From assembly GCA_016748015.1 (NCBI GenBank), contig JAAOMT010000661.1, positions 1-64,000 of the forward strand: DNA of 64,000 bases, read 5' to 3'. The translations under genes were made by a program, and so were the position numbers. A model generated the notes under the pieces. It made no database searches. It was given only the letters and a program-made list of their open reading frames with translations, and had not been told where the DNA came from. Position 1 is the stretch's first letter. Each line of letters begins with the position of its first letter. Below, in pieces: positions 38,642 through 51,890 of the stretch. The DNA is from Geosiphon pyriformis uo1 (lineage: Eukaryota > Fungi > Glomeromycota).

Positions 38642-40919
38642 TTTATTGAATATTAATGTACAATTTTTGTAATTTCTACACTGGGTGATATCCAAACCTA
38701 ATTTTTGGGTTTATTACAGGAAGCCTAATGAAGAGAATTAATTTTTCCCACCTTAGATTTCAAAAATACCCCAGAAAGTGAATTATTTATTTAAATTCTC
38801 AACCCTTTAACGAAATACAATAATGGGGAAAATATGAATTATCAAAAAATTTCTTTCAAACCCAAAGCGGCATTAACATCTTGATGGCCAAAACGACCAT
38901 TATTTCGGTAACATCTAGGAAATTTTATTTTTGTAGTAAGCCTTATTTGGGAGATGTTCTTATGTTTACCCACTTTCAGACATGAGATCTTCGTGTATCT
39001 CAGTCTGCAAGTGATCACATTTCCCTTGCAACTTTTGAATAGGTTCAATTTACAAATTGGAGATGGTCGAATTTGAAAAGTTCAACAATAATTCTTTGAT
39101 ATATCAAAAGATTGTCGGTAACCAATAAAAAATGATTGCTAATCCTCACGTTATATTTTTAGTATTTGTACGACTCGTTTCCTGCGTGAAATAATCAAAT
39201 TTTTTTTTCAAATTATTTGATATTGTTGTCTGCAGAACAAAAGATTTGTCCTTTTGAACAAATTGCTGAAATAAGTCAGTATTTAGGTTTTTTGAATTAG
39301 ATTCCAAGCTGATAGTTGTCATTGTCAAAAAAACTTGAAATATTTTTTTGAATGATAAGAACTCCTAATCTCCATTATTGGAATGAATTTCTTGTTTACT
39401 AAAATGAGTTAAATTGTTTTCAATAAAAATTCTCTAGCCAATAAAGGTATTTTTTAAGGAATTAAAAGAGTCTGAAAATTTGTTCTTGTAAGATTAAAAG
39501 TTTTCTTTTGATTTTGTAATTATGTTCTGAGACCAACTTGGCTGAAAATGATTGTTGAGCTGTACAATATATTGAGAGATACATTGAAATTCAATAATTG
39601 ATATGTCCCTTCAGCAATTATCAATTTTGAATAACTTTAATTGATATTCTGGTCGTCTGATTGGAAAAAGGTTACGGTGAAGGATTCACTTGATTGAATT
39701 AGCTTTCAAGCTATACTTTAAAGATTCAGAAAGAAAAATCATGTCTTTTCAATTTATGATTCACTCACAACTTTTCTCTTATAGTTAAATTGAACAGCAA
39801 TAGAAAAAAATTATTAAATTTTTATTTTTTGTTTTCGCTTGAATGGCTAAAATCAGGCTTTTTTTTATAACTATGTCTTAATAAATGACAAAAGCAATCA
39901 ACGATTGAAAGACAATCATATGAATATTTTAATTTAAGAATTTTGAAAAATTTTATTCGATTCAAATTTTCCTGGGTAAAATAGCTCTCACAGATGATAA
40001 AATGGTTTATTTTCTTTCTTAAAAAATAATGAAAACATATAGATCGAAAATCTAATTGTTTGAATACAAATTTTGAAGGAAATATTTAATTACCTAGGCG
40101 AAATCTCACATGAAAAGAAACGGAAGTCTTTTATTAAGCCAGTTATTACATTTTTGAAAATCAAAATATGCACTATAAAATATTTTTCTATTAAAATTCT
40201 CTAGTCGAAGTCTACATCATGATGTTTATGTTAATCAGAGCTTATTCAGGGCATTTTTCTATGGGAAACTTTATTCTTATCTAGGATGTATTGTGACTAA
40301 ATTTTTTCAAGATCAGAATTTAAGTTGGCATAAATTATTTGTTTATTTATAAATTCATGGAATATAAGTTACTTTAAAGCTATCTAGCTATCAAACACCA
40401 TTCTTAAAATTGATTAGCTGAAAATTATTTTAAATTTTTTTGGAAAAATTCATAAGATTTAAAAATTTATTATGTTACAGCATTTTTTAGTCCAAACTTT
40501 ATAAATTTTAACATAAAATGAAATAAGATATAATCAGGAATTTAAAAATTTAAATACCAATAAAAAATTCAATTTAACAGTATAAATTGTTAATTATTTT
40601 TTATTAATTAAAATTTTATTATAATTAATATTTTATAATATAAATTATTGTGAAAATAAGCTTTTTTATATTAGACAAATTTTTTTTTAAAAGCATTTAT
40701 AAAAATAAATATTTTACTATTTTTATTATAGCAATAATAAAAATGTACACAATATTATTTTTTTACAATTAGTATTTAAATAAATTATCTAAATTAAATT
40801 TATAATAATATTAAACAAAATAAAATTTTATCTCAACTGTGAAGCAATAATTATTATTGATTTATTCTTTTTAATTAATTATAAAATATTAAAAGCATTA
40901 ATAATCTAATAAAAAAAAT

Positions 40920-41258
40920 AAAAAAAGAAGTTAAATTTGCTATAAGACAATACATATGATCGAAAATTACAAATTATTAATTTATTTATTTTTCAATAAT
41001 ATTTTGCATCAAAAAATGAAAAAAAAAATTTGATAAAAAGTTGCTTTATGATTTCTTATTAATTTTGATATAGATTTAATATTTCTTATCATTTTAACCA
41101 AATGATTATATTTAAAATGCTTTGCAGAATGTTTAACTAATCTTAAAAATTATTTACAAATATCTTGTTTTCTAAGACTGAAACAATGAATAAAAAAGTA
41201 AAAGTAAAACTTGCAAATAATTTAAATTCTTTATGCTTTGTACCTTTTATCTTTTATC

Positions 41259-41293
<35 letters not shown>

Positions 41294-41400
41294 TTGTTTT
41301 TATATAGTTGATGTAAAGTTATTAAAAATGTTTAAATGTAATCAATGTAAAATAGTAATGAATAGGAATTTTAATGACGCCCGAAAGATATTTTCAATAC
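40920..41400 (+). pseudogene. Fossil Fanzor / TnpB-family RuvC nuclease, C-terminal half
   Basis: Ordered relic motifs: KVAL*FLINFDI (41037), RMFN*S*KLFTNILFSKTETMNKKV (41126), SKTC (41203), MFKCNQCKIVMNRNFNDARKIF (41328; consensus FxCxxCxxxxDRDxNGARNI). Confidence 0.75.
41264..41293. repeat. (TTA)n microsatellite
   Basis: About ten tta units; source of the poly-Leu in ORF 41238-41459. Confidence 0.9.
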
Positions 41401-44089
41401 TTTGCTTGATGTATTTATTTATATGCGGTATATATGCAATAATTAATCTTTTTGAATAAATTATCAATTCAATCCGGAGCTAAAAAGATATTATGCGTTA
41501 AAATACTGGTCACAGCATAATTAAAAATAATATCTTTAGAACAGAAAAGTTTTAATCAATTTGGAAAATTAAGAATAGTTATATGAAAATTTTAATTCAG
41601 TTATTCATAAATAAAAAGAGTTACATTTAGCAAAGATTAAAATAAATTCCGAAGGTCATTAGTTAAAAAAACTTGTGCAAGATTTGGTTTAATTAACATT
41701 ACATCAACTTTTAATAGAAAATTTAAACAAAAAGCACTATTGATTTCGGAAGTTTTTGAGTTTTATATCTAACAAAGAAATCAGTTCTTTCTTGAACTTT
41801 TTCGGCTTTATATAATAAAAGAGTAAAAATCCAGATCTTCTTTTTAAATATATCATATTTACAACCATTTTTGAAATTTTTTACACAAAATTTTGGGTAA
41901 TCTTTAATGTACCAATTAAAATCCTAACTAAAATGGTCTATTTGAGAATTTTTTACCTTTTAAAAAAGGTCAATACATGGTTTGCCATAGAAGAATGACC
42001 TATTGTGATTGACTTGGAAATTTATAAATGCATTCAATTTTTATGAATTAAATTAAGGAAAATTTATAAAATGTATCACAAAGACTGCATTACTGAACGT
42101 CCGAGATCAAAAAATATCGAAGCTTTTTTGCTCTATAAATTGATTTGAACAGAATGAAAAGATATTATCTAAAAATTGAATGGGAACAAGAACGTTAAAT
42201 GTGTATATTATTTAGTTTTAATTAGGGTTCTTAATTTGGTGATTTTTTTTCGGAATTTTTAAGACTCTTTAGCAAGATAAAAGGAAGCAAATTATCTGGT
42301 TCAGTTAGTTAGTCCATGAAAGAATAAGTAATAAATGAGACTTTAAAGCTTTTAAAGCCTCTATATATATGAAAACATATTTCAATAGCATCTTTGTTTT
42401 TTGTTTTTTTAAATGCAAATTTTCTAAACCGAAAAACGAGAATCAAATATCAAGGGCAACACGTTTGAATGTTTTTGCTTTAGGAGCCATTAGTATTATT
42501 AATCGAATTTCCTAATGTGATGCTAGTCATGTTCGGAAATTATGAATAATTTCCTTCCCAGTGGGTACAACAAACAATGATCAAAAGTTTACCAATTAAT
42601 CATAAACTTTTTTTGCAATCTACAACTAAATTGGTTCAGGTAAAAATTCTCAATTTTTTCAGGCTTCATTTCTGGCTCGAATAATGAATCCAGTTAACGC
42701 ATGTTTAGAAAATGGTAAGCCACTTGTGAGTCTTCAAAATGGCGACAATTATCTAGCTATAAATTATTCATATAATAAGCGTCACTCATTTACAGTCTTG
42801 GACTAAAAATACCGTGAGAATAATTTTAATACATAAATTTATAATAATTTTAATTTATTATTTCATGTATCAAAAATTTTTATGACGAATTGAAATTCCT
42901 TGTGAAAAAAAATATTGATAATGAGAATTTAATAAAATTAAAAAATATGAAGGCTTTTTGATCCAACAATCTTTTGTGAGTTTGAATATTCCCAGTGAGG
43001 AAAAACAATAAATCATTTTATTTATTGTTTTGAAACAAAAATTGTAAATATTCTTTCTGATTACTTATATATACATATATATACATACATATATAAAGGT
43101 TTGTTTTTTTTTAAGTTAGATCATGAAAATCAGACCGAATCAAAGAATTTTAATTCTAATTTAGTTTTCCATTTTTCGAAATTCTTTTGAAAAACCAGAA
43201 TCTCAATAACTTTTATAATAGAAAAATGAAAACCTACTCATCCAGTTGTGTGTGAAACTGAATAAATTTCCACTATTATCTTTTCGTAAATAGTATTTTT
43301 TATTAAAATTACCAAAATCCTTATGTAATCTTGTTGCCTGTTTCATTTGAGATTTTTGCATGCAAGATACAAAAAACTTTCCGAAGATTGAATCTGTAAG
43401 ATGCATATCATTACATAATTTATAATGCTTCTTATAAATCCAAAATAAAAAAAAATTCATTTGATTAAGAGATTTTGAAATGACATATTGTATGGATTCG
43501 TGGGAAATGTTCATATTTAATATGTCAAATATAGATGTGTTGAAAGTAACAACTTTTTTGTATTACCTATTAAAAAATTTTTGACAACTAACTAAATCTT
43601 TTTCGTTTCAATAAATGGTTTCATTGTAGTAGGAAGCTTGGTCAGGTTCTCTTTATTCGCTTTGAACTCAACTTTTTACTCCTTTGTTTTAATTCTCTTT
43701 ACTCACATGAGGAAAAACTTCCCTTGTTTCACAAGTCCTAGATCACATATTTTACGTGTAACGGTGTTGGTAATTTATTGTCCAATAAGGAGACCTAGTC
43801 AAAATGGTAATCGAAGAATCAATCAAAATCTCGATTTTACGAAATGAAAAAATGTACAATTCATGACATTTCGATTTAGTCGATATTTATCAAACTTTGT
43901 AATCATCTTCAATCATGACGTTATTGTGATGAATATATTAAATTACATCTGACCAATCATTTGTCTTCAAACGTGATTGATAAATTTAAAAAGGAACTTA
44001 TAAAAAAGCTGGGAATTATTACTACTTACACTCACTAACTATTCAACTTTCACATTTTTCTATTTGAAAAAAACGAAAAAAGAGCCATT

Positions 44090-44787
44090 ATGTCTATTAC
44101 TACTGCTAAATATGAAAATGTATTGGGCCATTATCAGCCTGGAGATCGATATCCACCTGAGGCTTTTGACACCTTCTTTGCAAGAAGTGCCGTTCGTGCC
44201 ACTTGGATTGGTTTTTTTGTCCTATTTCTTATATGGGGTTTTCTTTGGTAAAGAATAATCAGTGTAAAATTTTAATTGATGATGAGTGAAATTTAATTGT
44301 TTTTTTTTTTTGGTTTCCTTTTCAAGGCTCACACTTATGAGCAGATTGCATTTACACGATGATCGTGCGGGAAATGCTGGTGCCCCGACTGACCCTGACC
44401 TCGGTGCAACTAACGGAAATCGAAGTAGAAGAGAACTTACAGTAAGGAATTTTTAAGCATAATAGGAAGTTATTGAATAATATTAAATTTACTTTTTACT
44501 ATTCCTAGCATCGTTCACTCAAACGCGCTACCAATCTCGCTCGTGACCTCCTCTTCGGGCTTCTTGCCGCGCTAACCATTAATTCTTTCGGACGTGGCAC
44601 ATCGGTACCTGGTTTAATCTTGACTTGGATCTATATTGTAGGATCTATTACATGGATTGCCACAGAACTTTTGGGGGGTTTCTTTTTAATCCGTTTGATT
44701 TTGGCTCCTATACACTTCTTAATCTTATTGGCTATTTTCATCCTGGCTTATGCTCTTGGTTGGCGATATTTTTCTCCACTGTGGTAG
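44090..44787 (+). CDS. Small 4-TM membrane protein (3 exons: 44090-44247, 44327-44441, 44509-44787; 183 aa)
   Basis: Clean spliced frame MSITTAKYENV...ATWIGFFVLFLIWGFLW-LTLMSR...RELT-HRSLKRATNLARDLLFGLLAALTINSFGRG...ILTWIY...GWRYFSPLW*. GC-rich codons, canonical splice sites, TATA-like ttataaaa at ~43997. Confidence 0.88.
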
Positions 44788-44822
44788 TTTTTTTTGAGAG
44801 GTGTCCTTATTCCCAAAACTTG

Positions 44823-44844
44823 GCTGCTGCTGCTGCTGCTGCTT
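44823..44844. repeat. (GCT)7 microsatellite in 3' UTR region
   Basis: gctgctgctgctgctgctgct. Confidence 0.9.
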
Positions 44845-47619
44845 TCGAAGCTGTTTATTTATGTCAATTTTTCTTTTAATTAGCTATAAAATATATATTT
44901 AGTTTTTACAGTAATTTTCCCAAATAATGCATTAATAGTGATCCAAGATACTTATGAAAATTTCAAAAATTTTCGCTTGTAGAAAATGAAAAGTATTACA
45001 TTTAGTTTTTTTCATATTTCGTCAAAAATAGAAATAAATATCAACTAACTTCATAATGTAGACCTTCAAAGAGTTATGCCTGAGTGTACCGTTTCCTTAA
45101 AACCAATTGGTGTGACTATTTGGCATCGTCTTTTACAAAAATTGTTAAATTTGCGACAAAATCTGATTTCTCATCAGGTTCTCGAGGAAACATAGAAAAC
45201 GAAAAATGTTTCCACATTAAGCTATCAAATGCATTATCTCAAAAAGCATTTATCTACAAAATCAAAAATCAAATAATATGATATTACTCCTTACGAGAGC
45301 AAACGAGCACAAATAAACGAAGGTTTTGGAATGAGTCTACCACTCTGCCTTATGAACAAATTAAAAATTATATGTCTCGAAGCACCTTGTCAATTACTCA
45401 GTAAATTAAATCACTCGACTTTAACAATTTTTCCGTTTGTTCCCTGAAAAGTCAATAATTTTTTTTATTCCTCGGAAATGACAACAATTTTACTTTCTCA
45501 TGAACCTAGATCTCATTATAGATAACAATGGCAGAGATTACTGATGTCATAAGACTTTACCTTTTAAAGGTCAGAAACGCGATTTAAAATTTTGATAACT
45601 TTGCTATGATATAAAGTTGCATCGGGATTTTTTATCCGAAATATCGATTTATTTGAGAACTGAGATTTATTCTTTTTATATGTGACGACAGAGCTGGAAT
45701 CATTTTTTCAAGAATCTAAACAATCGATGACAGAATTATCAGACGTAAAATTATGTAGTATGATGGATGATAGTTATTATAGCTTTGTTAGGATAAGTTT
45801 AGTAAAAGATCAAAAATATTAATTTCATAATTTTTATAATATATTCTGCTCATAAGCTTTCGCCGTCACCCATTTAAATAAATTTAAATTAAATTTTATT
45901 TTCAAAAGAGTTTTGAGATTTCATCAAAAAGCTTAATTTAATGAAAGAGTTATGGGCTTAAAAGAAACTTGTAACAATCCATTCCCTTATCACTGATGAA
46001 AAAGCAGCATTTCTATTAGCTCCTAATATAAATAAGTCTTTTTATTACTTTTTTATATACAACAAAAAGCATAAAAATATTTAGACAGTACCTAATGAAT
46101 ATTTTAGTAACTTCCCTTTTTTGTAAAAAAGGGTTTCGCTCGAATAGTATACAATTTTTTAAATTTTGATTAAAATTCACATTTATTACAAAGAACGAAG
46201 ATTTCGAAATTGGTTTATTTTAAAATTAAAATGTATTAGAAAGTCAATTAAATTCTTTGAATTATGTGGATGGCTGATTTTTAACTTTGAAAAGGTTAAT
46301 TTTTAACTCTAATAAATTTTTTTAGTCTTGCCATTTCCCTTTTGTCCTTTAAATTTTTCAATTTTTTTTTTCCAGTTTTCGAATATTAATATCTTCATCA
46401 AAGACTTTATTTTACAAAGTTTTTGCGCTTTCTGCTTCCTAGAATGTAATATTGTTTGACTTTGACACAAGTTCAATGAATGATTGTTGGATTGTATTAT
46501 ACTCGATACAAACAAAAAAAAACTTTGAAATCCAAGTCTTTGAGTTATCTATAACTTAGATACTTTTTTTGGGAATAAAAAGTATATGCACTATGACAAC
46601 TCACCAAACCAATTCAAGTCCATCAAAATTCATCAATGATCGCTCGTTTATCCTGTAGCAATTATTATGTTAACTAATGAATTAAGATATACCGTGGAAA
46701 AATGCGCCTCAAAAATTAATTGTTGGAAATTGTTTGTGTTCCTTAGATAACATTCCGATTGATCATAGATTTCCTTTAAGTTAATAATAACAAGCTATAC
46801 ACAGGATTTTCGACATTTGAAATGGAAAGTCTTCATTTACCATATACAAACTTTAAATCCTCTCTAAAAATTTCTAATTGAATATATGATATAAAAATAT
46901 ATACTTCAAAGTAGTATTCAATTATAATAAAGTCTTCTATTATACAAACAACAAAAAAGAAAAGAAAACCATTATAACTCTTTAAAGTCTTTTGCTAGCG
47001 TGAAGAAGTAAAGCTTCAACGAGAAACTTAATAACTTAAATATTTTTAAACTATAGAATAATTTTTTCTTTTTCTATCTGCTTTTTTTATACAGTAAAGA
47101 TAGACATTTCAATTCCATTGTTGAAGCCTATTTAATTGTTATTAATTATTTTCGCTACTTACACTGTTGGTTTTTCTTATTTCTCTTGTTGGCCTCACCG
47201 TTATTTTCAATTATTTTTGTCATTATTGGAATGAAAGATTATTGTTTTCTGTATTAATGAAGATCAATTTTTACTTAAAATACTGTTTTCAATGGTAAAA
47301 CTCCCATCTCTTTACCTTTTCGATTTACCATTGTTGGATCTAACTTATTATTATATCCATTGTTAAGAACTAGAATGCCCATTTTCTATTATCATTATAA
47401 TTTCATTTCTTTATTGTATTTTTTTCAACTAGATGAATAATTTAAATTCAAGAAATCGAAATAAAGTAGAATATTGAGGGAATATTATATTATTGTAGAT
47501 TTTGATTTTTTTTTTCTTAAGAGTGTACCAAAATAAGCTTTTATACTTGGTTGGCATAGAAAAGGCTCATTATAAAAAATCTCTCCTTTTAAAGTTTTCT
47601 GCTTCCCCTTTCCTTAAAA

Positions 47620-47650
47620 TTAACAAATTAACAAATTAACAAATTAACAA
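47620..47650. repeat. (TTAACAAA)x4 tandem repeat
   Basis: ttaacaaattaacaaattaacaaattaacaa. Confidence 0.85.
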
Positions 47651-48863
47651 TCAAACTTTTTTTAAGGTTTTTCTTTAATAAAACAAATTTTAAACCCGTT
47701 TTTGATAACTGATCAAAAAATAAAAATGCATTGGGTTATCAAAACCTCTTCTCGACTTGATAAAATAAAAATTAGGTATTTGTTATCGGTTAAACACCCT
47801 TCTAAACCAGAAATAGAAATAATGGAAATATCTTTTTGAAAAAGGCATCTAATTCAATTGAGTTTTAAGAAGAGCTAAAAAGAAAAAGAAAATCTTTTGA
47901 AAATAGTCTAATTTAAAGTTTTTGACCATTATAAATTCAGAATAAATGATAAAAAAAAGTGTATCTTTACACATATTACCAATAATGCTGAAGATAAATT
48001 TAACGTTTGAAAGACAAAGCCAAAATTTTGTATATTTTTGAATAATTACCTTAGATATAGGTGTTAAATTAGTATCATACACTCTGTATTCCGAAAAACA
48101 TCCTTTTTCATCTAAATATTCGAGATTCCTCAATCGAGAATATTTCTCCAGGCTTTTTAAATATTTTTTTGTTAATATTTTAAAAAAAAAATCATAGTTT
48201 TACACACCTATTGTAGCTTTTTTTGAGGTCATAATTATCAAGTAATTAAAACAATAAAAATAGTTTACAGAAATAATTATTTCCAATACCTTATACATTT
48301 TAATCGTATGATAAACACTACTTTTAGGAATATTATGTTAGCTATTATAATTAAATTCAAAAGCAATTATAATTGCTTTTATTGTGTGTTTTAAAAAATT
48401 TGTACTGTAATATTATGTTTAATAGTAAATTCAAAATAGACATATGTAAAAATAAATAGCAGTTTCTTAAATCAAATTTTAAAAAATTTAAATTAAACAT
48501 TTTAAGTAATAAAATAGGAAATCAATTTAAAAATAAAATTATAACCTTTTCAAAAAATGTGAAAACAAAAATAAACTTGAAACACTATGTCAATAATAAT
48601 AATACAATTCACATTTTTTTACAATATTAAAAAATAATTGTACACAAGTTGCATAATCAAATAATTTCTGTATTATATATTATTAATAGAAATCTTTTTT
48701 TGGCTATCTTAATCTTGCTGAAAATGTTTGTTGTTTCACTTTTGGTAATAAAAAGATTACTTTTGTTTTCTAATTTTTTAATACTGTTTGTGAAAATATT
48801 GACTTCCTTTTTTAATTGCTTATGCTGTGCTAGCAAATTTTTATTTAATATTTGTTGCAAAAT

Positions 48864-48993
48864 TTACCGTAAGTTGCTGAGTTGTAGACCCAAAATTTAT
48901 TTATATCAGTCAGCAACTTACGGTAATTACCCTAAAAGTTGTAGACCCAAAATTTATTTATATCAGTCAGCAACTTACGATAATTACCCTAAA
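48864..48993. repeat. 17-bp perfect inverted repeat (micro-MITE, TA-flanked) overlapped by a 57-bp tandem duplication
   Basis: ttaccgtaagttgctga (48864-48880) / tcagcaacttacggtaa (48910-48926). Unit 48880-48936 repeats at 48937-48993 with one G-to-A change. Confidence 0.85.
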
Positions 48994-49077
48994 TAAAACC
49001 TAAAAACTTAAAATATTTATCAATCATTTCCTAAACTTTTAGTCTTTATTAGTACTAGAGACTCTTGGAATCGCTGC

Positions 49078-51111
49078 TTATTTAAGATCTTGACGCTTTT
49101 GAACTCTCACCCAAAATGGATACTTCATAGGCAGATTTAACGAAATCCCATAAGTTACAGGATTTTTGGTCGGGAGAATTTCAAATTTAAACTCTCTCAA
49201 AATAGATGTAACCAAAATTATTGATTCCAGAATGGCAAATTGTTGACCGAGGCTAAGAAACAAAATTTCTTGCAATAAACTGTTGATGCTTTTTACAAAT
49301 GACACAATATATTCTTAAATGTACCTACCAGTTTCGAGGTCCAGCATTGAACATTGGATACTTATATGGGTTTGGTTTGGATATTTCTTTACCTTTCAAA
49401 AATCGTTCAGGTTTGAACTCGTAAGCATCCTCGCCCCATATTTCCTTGGTTCTACCCATTGTATATGATGACCATCCAATCATATCCCCGGCGTATATCG
49501 GAACTCCTCCCGGTAAAACATCATCTTTTAAACAAGTCTAGAATCCGCTTATAAGAAAAAATGATGAAAAAGCCATGTAAATACATTGATCTATTCCAAA
49601 TACCTTAACGTTTGCTGGAACGCTAGGATGTAATCGAAGCGATTCATAAAATGTGGCAGTTGTGTAAGCAAACTCATGGAGGCTATCGTAAGTAGGTACC
49701 TGGTTACTTTCCTTGAGAAGGGAGTTTATCTCTTTAAGGATGGCTATTTCGACTCTTGGATTTTTGATTATTTCATATATCATCCAGGTAATTGCCTATA
49801 TAAGATTAAGACATATTTGGCATACTCTTTAGAAAAAAATTTTAATTCAATATACTTACTTGGGCGGTTGAATCTCTGCCTAAAGATTAAATTATTGATC
49901 GTTTAAAATATTGAAATTTTCCTCAAGGAGATGATCAACATTTCACTTACCAGCCAGTATTAAATTTAAAATCATATATATAAGTTCATTATCATTCAAT
50001 TGTCGCCCGTCTTCATCAATAGCATTCATACATAGACTCAGTAAATCATTGGGAATTTTTTCATTTTTTGAAATTTCAATGCGACGTGATTGGATTATGT
50101 CATTTGCAACATCTCTCGCAGTTTTACAAGCATTTCTCATTCTCGATGCTCGAGTCGTAAATTCCTCGGTAATAGGCCAAAGCGGATTTAAAAAGGGTTC
50201 CGATAAGACTAATGAGGCGTAATTAAAAGCGGTAGCAAACTCTGATGTAGATTAGTAATTTTTACTTGTGCCAAAATCTGCACTGAAACAAATCCTACAT
50301 TAAAGAATATTGAATAAGAAAGAGTTCATCTAATAGAGGTTGATATACGGATGGGTAAATAATTTTACTTACTTGACAAAAGAGTCAAGTGTGAATTTGT
50401 AAGAAAGATTATGAAAATCAATTTTTTCTCCAGTTTCTGCGACTTTCCTTAGTAATTCAATAATTTTTTTGATTCATCTCGAAAGACCACCTAAATATTA
50501 TCACGAAAATATTTTCCTTGAAACAAGTTGCTTATAAGTCTCCTTTGAAATTTCCATTGGGATCTATATGGCATGTCACAATAATTGAATATTTACATTT
50601 AGCATATTTATATTTTAATATTTCATGAACTGTTAATATATATTAATAGAACCTTACCCATCACTACTAAAGATTCCGTCACCGATGAAATCTGATAAAA
50701 GCTTTTGGATTACGGGGCCTTTAGGGAAATTAGCTGAATTCGTCTTTAGGATATATTCGACTCCTTCTGGATAGTTACAAGCTAAAAAACGGCCTACTAC
50801 TGGAATAGTAAATGTGCTATCAAAATAGTATGATCTCTCAAAATCAATGAAATTATTTATAGCATATAACAGAAAAAATTTAAAAATTATTGAGAAAATT
50901 ACAAATTTTTCCCATATAGGAGGTGTTTTTCATAAAAATGATCGTGTATGTCGTGACCATATTCAAGCGTCAGTAATAAATTTCCAATTATTGGCCATCC
51001 TTTAGGTCCTCTTAAATCTGGTCGATAACGAGTTCCTACAGCCCTATCAAGGTAAATGATTGCTAAAATAATGATTACAAGGAAGCCTACTAATAAAAAC
51101 TCTCGCAACAT
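49078..51111 (-). pseudogene. Cytochrome P450 (clan 52/CYP704-like), 8 exons, disrupted
   Basis: N-terminal TM, GPKGWPIIGNL, GDGIFSSDG, WKFQRR, AGRDSTA, ESLR, PERF, FNAGPRNCLG. In-frame TAG (50491-50493), TAA (50252-50254) and a -1 shift in the A7 run near 50465. Confidence 0.9.
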
Positions 51112-51645
51112 TATTTCGTTTTTCAATCGCTAAAATCTAAACGAAATTGGTGGGATATGAATTGATTTATATATTTTGATTTTTCTGAGTGAAAATGTTG
51201 TTTCTTTGGGGACTTTTCGGAATTTCGGATATAATATAAACCAAAGAAAAATGAAAATAGCCTTATCCTCACAAGCACCCTTTTTTTAGCCTTCAAAGTT
51301 TGGCAAAGATTTTCTATTTAACAAAAATTATATTTTTAGAAAGGTTAAAAAGTTAGATTGCTTGGGGTTTTCTAAAAACAAAAAATTCTCAGACGGTAAG
51401 GATCAAAGCATTGATTACAAGTAATTAATTCTCTTATCAGAATATTTTTTTTAAGAATCCATTAGAAAAAAAATGGTTCATATAAAAATATTTTCATGTT
51501 AATATAAAAAATTGGTACTGTCGCAACGCGTTTAACCAGATTAGTAAATAAAACATGAAAATTTCCCCAGTTAGAATTGTTTGTGATCCCAATTTCTTGT
51601 TTATTTATTTTTCAACATTCAAACATATTGGACAAAATTTTATTT

Positions 51646-51890
51646 GGCAAAAAATATGACGCATATCATACACCGACATTGGTGAGGGCAAAATGCTAGC
51701 TCTTAACAAAATTATGAGTGCTGAAAAAATTGCAAAGAAATAATGCGCGACCTACAACAATACGACGTTGCCTGGCTAAATACAAAAGGGTCAAGAAATC
51801 GAAAATTTACCACTGTCCGGAAGACCGTACATTCTAAAAACAAACAAAAAAATGCACTTATATAAAAGAAAGACGCACGCCACTTTGTGA
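51646..51890 (+). mobile_element. Tc1-like transposase N-terminal (HTH) remnant
   Basis: GKMLALNKIMSAEKIAKK, TTIRRCLAKYK and ENLPLSGRPYIL across frameshifts. Confidence 0.65.

Noticed and set aside
42050-43514. HMG-like hints (RPRSKNIEAFLLYK at ~42.1 kb; ORF 43203-43514)
   Set aside because: The conserved Trp/Tyr spacing could not be reconstructed; too weak to call.
48880-48993. CRISPR-like repeat
   Set aside because: Two abutting 57-bp units with no spacer, in eukaryotic DNA with no cas genes.
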